DNA from: Acidimicrobiales bacterium | GTDB lineage: Bacteria > Actinomycetota > Acidimicrobiia > Acidimicrobiales > SZUA-35 | NCBI GenBank assembly: GCA_020629695.1 | Contig: JAHDCV010000003.1 | Span: forward strand, 45,587-109,586 | Direction of reading: 5' to 3' | Length of the DNA: 64,000 bases | In this document: one piece after another, positions 60,234 to 64,000 of the stretch | Layout of the letters: each line of letters starts with the position of its first letter | Position numbering within the stretch: position 1 is the stretch's first letter | Position numbers and translations under genes: made by a program | Notes under the pieces: model-generated | Told to the model about the DNA's origin: nothing | Seen by the model: only the letters and a program-made list of their open reading frames with translations | Database searches by the model: none

Positions 60234-62279
60234 GTGAACGGACGGAGCTCGCGGCACCCCGATCGGCGCGCCGCCGTCGCCTCGGCGCTGTCGATCGCAC
60301 TCGTCGTGGCGTCGACGGTCGGTATCGCCACCCCGGCGTCCGCCGACGCGACGGTGCCGAACACCCCGACCGAGAGCGGTCTCGAGGTCACGCTGCGGGC
60401 CGTCGCGACCCTGCCCGACTCCTCGATCGGCACCGCGCCGAGGCTGAACGGCATGGCGTTCACCGACGATCGGCTGTTCGTGGTCGCCGAACGCGACGGC
60501 GTGATTCACGAGTTGACCGGTGACCTCGGCGGACCCCTGACCTCGACGGTCTTCCTCGATGTCGCCGCGGCCATGGCGACAGCAGGCTCGCCACTCGACC
60601 GGACCTCGTCGTTCCACGGCGGCCTGCGCTCCGTGGCCTTCCATCCGGGTGCGGCGTCGAACGGCCGGTTCTATGTCTCGGCGATGACGGCCCGCGCCGG
60701 CGCTCCGGCCGGCACCCGCTACCTCAGCGACGTCGCCGAGCCGATCGTCGCCGACAGCGTGCTGCTCGAGTTCCGGATGGACCCGACCACAGGGGTCGCC
60801 GATCCCGCGTCGCTGCGTGAGGTCTTCCGGGTCGGCATGCCCGTCTACGACCACCCCATCAAACAGATCGCGTTCGACCAGACGCTCGGCCCGGGCGACC
60901 CCGGCTACGGACTGCTCCACATCGGCCACGGCGACGGCAGCGTGCAGTCGGCGATCGCCGGCGGCGGGCAGAATCCGGACGCTCTCGGCAAGGTGCTCCG
61001 CATCGACCCGCTCGCCGCGGGCGGCGAGCCCTACTCGGTCCCGAGCGACAACCCCTTCGTCGGCGATCCCGGCATGCCGGACGAGGTGTTCTCCCTCGGT
61101 CACCGGAATCCGCACTCCATCGCGTTCGCCACGGTCGATGGTCGACGGGTCGCGTTGGTGGCCGAACCCGGGCGGGACAACGTCGAGGAGATCAACCTGC
61201 TCACGAGCGGCGGCGATTTCGGTTGGCCCGCCCGCGAGGGCACGTTCGTGCACCGCCCGGAGGGCGGTGGCGGCGAGCTCGGCATCGATCCGCTCCCGGA
61301 GGACGAAGCCACCTTCGGCTTCACCTACCCGGTCGCCCAGTACGCAACCGGCAACCCTCGCGGCGAGCGCTTCGGCGGCTTCGGTGTGGTCGGCGGGTTC
61401 GCGATCGAGAACGGATCGGCGCTCGACGGCCAGTTCTTCTTCGCCGACTTCCCCACCCGCGGCACGTTGTTCCACACGCCGGTCGACGAGTTGGCTGCTG
61501 CGGTCACCACCCTCGACACCGCCGACCCGAGCAGGGATGAACCGTCCGAGCTGCGCCAGGCGGGCATCGGCATCGCCGCGATCCGCTTCGACCACGATGC
61601 CGACCCGGACACACCGGCCCTCGTCCGGGCCTCACTGACCGACGTGTTCGACGACGCGCCGACCTACGAGACCGATCGGGCCGACGTCCGGTTCGGTCAG
61701 GGGCCGCACGGCGAGCTCTACCTCACCTCGAAGCGGAACAACACCGTCTACCTCGTGCTCGAATCGGTGCCCCCCGCCGGGTCCGACCAAGGCGACGACC
61801 CCGATGCACACGACGACCCCGACGACGGCCCGGCGAACGATGAACCGGCGAGGGACGACCCCGGCACCATCGACGACGCGACGTCCCTCGCCGGAGTCGT
61901 CGGCGCCGTCGACTACCACCCACACGACGCAACCGTCCTCCGGCTCTACCACGCGTTCTTCGACCGGGAAGCCGACCTCGGCGGAGCGAAGTACTGGCTC
62001 GAGGAACGCCGCCGTGGCGTGTCGGTCGAGGAGATGACCGCCCTGTTCGCCACCTCACCCGAGTTCCGACTCCGCTACGGCGACGTCGACGACGCCGGAT
62101 TCCTCGACGTCGTCTACGCCAACGTGCTCGACCGCACCCCCGACGCCGCCGGCTACGAGTACTGGCTCGGCGAGATGGCCGCCGGCCTGTCCCGGCCGGA
62201 CCTCGTGCTGATGTTCTCGATCGCCCCGGAGTTCATCGGACTCCACCCCTACGGCGTGCCGCTTTCGAGCCCGGCGTGA
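60234..62279 (+). CDS. Secreted PQQ-type glucose/sorbosone dehydrogenase-like beta-propeller with a C-terminal DUF4214 domain
   Basis: RR-containing signal peptide, GSDH-like motifs (HGGLRSVAFHP, FSLGHRNPHSIAF, GGDFGWP), an acidic D/P-rich linker, and DUF4214 repeats (YHAFFDREADLGGAKYW and LDRTPDAAGYEYW). Confidence 0.8.
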   Translation: MNGRSSRHPDRRAAVASALSIALVVASTVGIATPASADATVPNTPTESGLEVTLRAVATLPDSSIGTAPRLNGMAFTDDRLFVVAERDGVIHELTGDLGGPLTSTVFLDVAAAMATAGSPLDRTSSFHGGLRSVAFHPGAASNGRFYVSAMTARAGAPAGTRYLSDVAEPIVADSVLLEFRMDPTTGVADPASLREVFRVGMPVYDHPIKQIAFDQTLGPGDPGYGLLHIGHGDGSVQSAIAGGGQNPDALGKVLRIDPLAAGGEPYSVPSDNPFVGDPGMPDEVFSLGHRNPHSIAFATVDGRRVALVAEPGRDNVEEINLLTSGGDFGWPAREGTFVHRPEGGGGELGIDPLPEDEATFGFTYPVAQYATGNPRGERFGGFGVVGGFAIENGSALDGQFFFADFPTRGTLFHTPVDELAAAVTTLDTADPSRDEPSELRQAGIGIAAIRFDHDADPDTPALVRASLTDVFDDAPTYETDRADVRFGQGPHGELYLTSKRNNTVYLVLESVPPAGSDQGDDPDAHDDPDDGPANDEPARDDPGTIDDATSLAGVVGAVDYHPHDATVLRLYHAFFDREADLGGAKYWLEERRRGVSVEEMTALFATSPEFRLRYGDVDDAGFLDVVYANVLDRTPDAAGYEYWLGEMAAGLSRPDLVLMFSIAPEFIGLHPYGVPLSSPA

Positions 62280-62328
62280 CCCCCTGCTAGTTTCGGCCCG
62301 TTCGCACAACGACCGTCCAGGGGGACTG

Positions 62329-63477
62329 ATGAAGACTCGTGCTGCCGTGCTGTGGGGCGTCGATGAGGAGTGGAAGGTCGAGGAGATCGAACTCGACCCG
62401 CTGAAGCCGGGCGAGGTCCTCGTGAAGACCGCGTACGCCGGCATGTGCCACTCCGACGAGCATCTGGTGACCGGTGACCTCGTGCCGCCCGACGAGATGC
62501 TGCAGATGATCGGCTTCGAGTCGATGTTCCCGATCATCGGCGGCCACGAGGGTTCGGGTGTCGTGACCGAGATCGGTGAGGGTGTCACCGACCTCGCCGT
62601 CGGCGACCACGTCTCGGTCAGCTTCGTCCCCTCGTGCGGCAAGTGCCACTGGTGTGCCACCGGGCGCCAGAACCTCTGCGATCTGGGTGCGACGACGCTG
62701 CTCGGCCCGATGATCTCCGACGGGACCTACCGTCACCACTGCAACGGGTCCGACTGCAACCGGATGGCTCAGCTCGGCACGTTCTCCGAGCACATGGTCG
62801 TCGACCAGCGCTCGCTCGTGAAGGTCGATGACGACCTCGACCTCCGTGCCGTGGCGCTCGTGTCGTGTGGTGTCGCGACCGGCGTCGGCTCGGCTCGCAA
62901 CCGGGCCGAGGTGAAGCACGGCGACACCGTCGTGGTCGTCGGTATCGGCGGCATCGGCGCCAATGCGGTGCAGGGGGCCAAGGTCGCCGGGGCCGGCAAC
63001 ATCGTCGCCGTCGACACCAACCCCGACAAGCAGGAGGCTGCCGAGGAGTTCGGCGCCACCCACTTCTACACCTCGCTCGAGGACGCGACGCTGGCCGTGA
63101 TGGAGATGACCCGCGGCCGGATGGCCGACTCGGCGATCCTGACCCCCGGCGTCACCCCCGGCGAGATGATGGACCCGGCGCTGAACATCATCTCCAAGGA
63201 CGGCACGCTCGTCGTGACCGGCCTCGCCCCGATGGCCGCTCGCGACGTCAAGCTCGACCTGTTCGGCCTGGCCATGTACAACAAGCAGATCCGGGGCACG
63301 ATCTTCGGTTCGGAGAGCCCCCGAGCCGCGATCCCGATGCTGCTCGACGAATACCGCCGGGGTGCGCTGAAGCTCGACGAGCTGGTGACCAAGGAGTACT
63401 CGCTCGACGACATCAACCAGGGCTACCAGGACATGCGCGACGGGAAGAACATCCGTGGCGTGATCAAGTTCGACTGA
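62329..63477 (+). CDS. Zn-dependent MDR alcohol dehydrogenase of the NDMA-dependent (nicotinoprotein, mycofactocin-associated) type
   Basis: MKTRAAVLWGVDEEWKVEEIELDPLKPGEVLVKTAYAGMCHSDEHLVTGDL ... GGHEGSGVV ... CGKCHWCATGRQNLC. Confidence 0.85.
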   Translation: MKTRAAVLWGVDEEWKVEEIELDPLKPGEVLVKTAYAGMCHSDEHLVTGDLVPPDEMLQMIGFESMFPIIGGHEGSGVVTEIGEGVTDLAVGDHVSVSFVPSCGKCHWCATGRQNLCDLGATTLLGPMISDGTYRHHCNGSDCNRMAQLGTFSEHMVVDQRSLVKVDDDLDLRAVALVSCGVATGVGSARNRAEVKHGDTVVVVGIGGIGANAVQGAKVAGAGNIVAVDTNPDKQEAAEEFGATHFYTSLEDATLAVMEMTRGRMADSAILTPGVTPGEMMDPALNIISKDGTLVVTGLAPMAARDVKLDLFGLAMYNKQIRGTIFGSESPRAAIPMLLDEYRRGALKLDELVTKEYSLDDINQGYQDMRDGKNIRGVIKFD

Positions 63478-63484
63478 GCCCGCC

Positions 63485-64000
63485 TTGACGGACACCTCCT
63501 CGTCCTACGGTCCGGGCACCCGGGACCGCCTCCTCGACGCGGTCGTCGGTCGCCCGACCGAGATCGACGTCGTGGTCGCGTCGCTCATGTCGGGCCGGCA
63601 CCTCCTGCTGGAGGGGCCGCCGGGTACGGGCAAGTCGACGATGTTGCGCGCCGTGGCCGACGCGGCCGACACACCGTTCGAGTTCGTCGAGGGCAACGCG
63701 GAGTTGACCCCCGCCCGCTTCATCGGCCACTTCGATCCGGCCCGGATCCTCGACGCCGGTTACACACCCGAGGTGTGGATCGACGGCCCCCTGGCCCGGG
63801 CGATGCGAGATGGCGCACTGCTGTACGTCGAGGAGATCAATCGGATCCCGGAGGAGACGCTCAACGTCCTCGTCACGGTCATGTCCGAAGGGGACCTCAC
63901 CGTGCCCCGCCTCGGGCGGATCGACGCCCACCCCGGGTTCCGGCTGGTCGCCGCCATGAACCCCTACGACGTGGTCGGCACCGCCCGGATCTCCGGGGCG
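63485..64000 (+). CDS. MoxR/CbbQ-like AAA+ ATPase, 3' end cut by window edge
   Basis: Not in the ORF track. The frame from TTG 63485 is open to the window end. Walker A LEGPPGTGKST and Walker B LLYVEEINRIPEETLNVL. The start codon is uncertain. Confidence 0.8.
   Translation, partial: MTDTSSSYGPGTRDRLLDAVVGRPTEIDVVVASLMSGRHLLLEGPPGTGKSTMLRAVADAADTPFEFVEGNAELTPARFIGHFDPARILDAGYTPEVWIDGPLARAMRDGALLYVEEINRIPEETLNVLVTVMSEGDLTVPRLGRIDAHPGFRLVAAMNPYDVVGTARISGA

Noticed and set aside
59346-61595. 749-aa minus-strand ORF
   Set aside because: It is antisense to the MftE-like, lipoprotein and GSDH-like genes. It has low-complexity Arg/Gly/Asp composition and no motifs, so I treat it as a shadow ORF.
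1-64000. Search for rRNA, tRNA, CRISPR, IS elements, integrases and phage genes
   Set aside because: None were recognised by eye in any intergenic gap or ORF translation. A covariance-model and ISfinder scan would be needed to be definitive.

Overview
This is a very GC-rich (by eye about 70% G+C), gene-dense chromosomal segment with Actinomycetota hallmarks. These include the dcw cluster head (mraZ-rsmH-ftsL-ftsI), an MtrA/MtrB/LpqB-like module, DUF3040, mycofactocin, ergothioneine and F420-type LLM enzymes. I call about 62 protein-coding genes and a handful of regulatory or terminator candidates. I saw no rRNA, tRNA, CRISPR array, transposase, integrase or prophage signature, so this looks like core chromosome rather than an island.

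Two real genes run off the window edges and are missing from the supplied ORF track: ftsI at 1-1813 (minus strand) and an AAA+ ATPase at 63485-64000 (plus strand). Many long track ORFs are antisense or N-terminally over-extended artefacts of high GC, and I re-derived starts by reading the sequence. ATGA/GTGA stop-start overlaps are frequent and support several operons.

Most notable observations:
- The mycofactocin (RiPP redox cofactor) pathway is fragmented. mftA-mftB-mftC sit at 35.8-37.4 kb next to a Zn-ADH. An MftD-like gene lies 12 kb away, coupled to kynureninase. An MftE-like gene lies 21 kb away, GTGA-coupled to an LLM oxidoreductase. An NDMA-type ADH plus a MoxR-like ATPase sit at the window end, and there is no mftF or mftG in the window.
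- A near-perfect 3 x 27-bp in-frame tandem repeat, each unit carrying a small palindrome, duplicates the N-terminus and motif-I edge of a HAD hydrolase downstream of a TetR gene that has a perfect 11+11-bp operator palindrome.
- The mraZ upstream region holds eight same-strand GTGGG boxes in two clusters phased at about 10 bp and overlapping a good -35/-10 pair, plus an SOS-box-like GAAC-N4-GTTCGA.
- A large coiled-coil protein with an SMC/RecF-like head has lost its P-loop.

All functional calls rest on motif recognition by eye. No searches were run, and start codons are the least certain part of the annotation.
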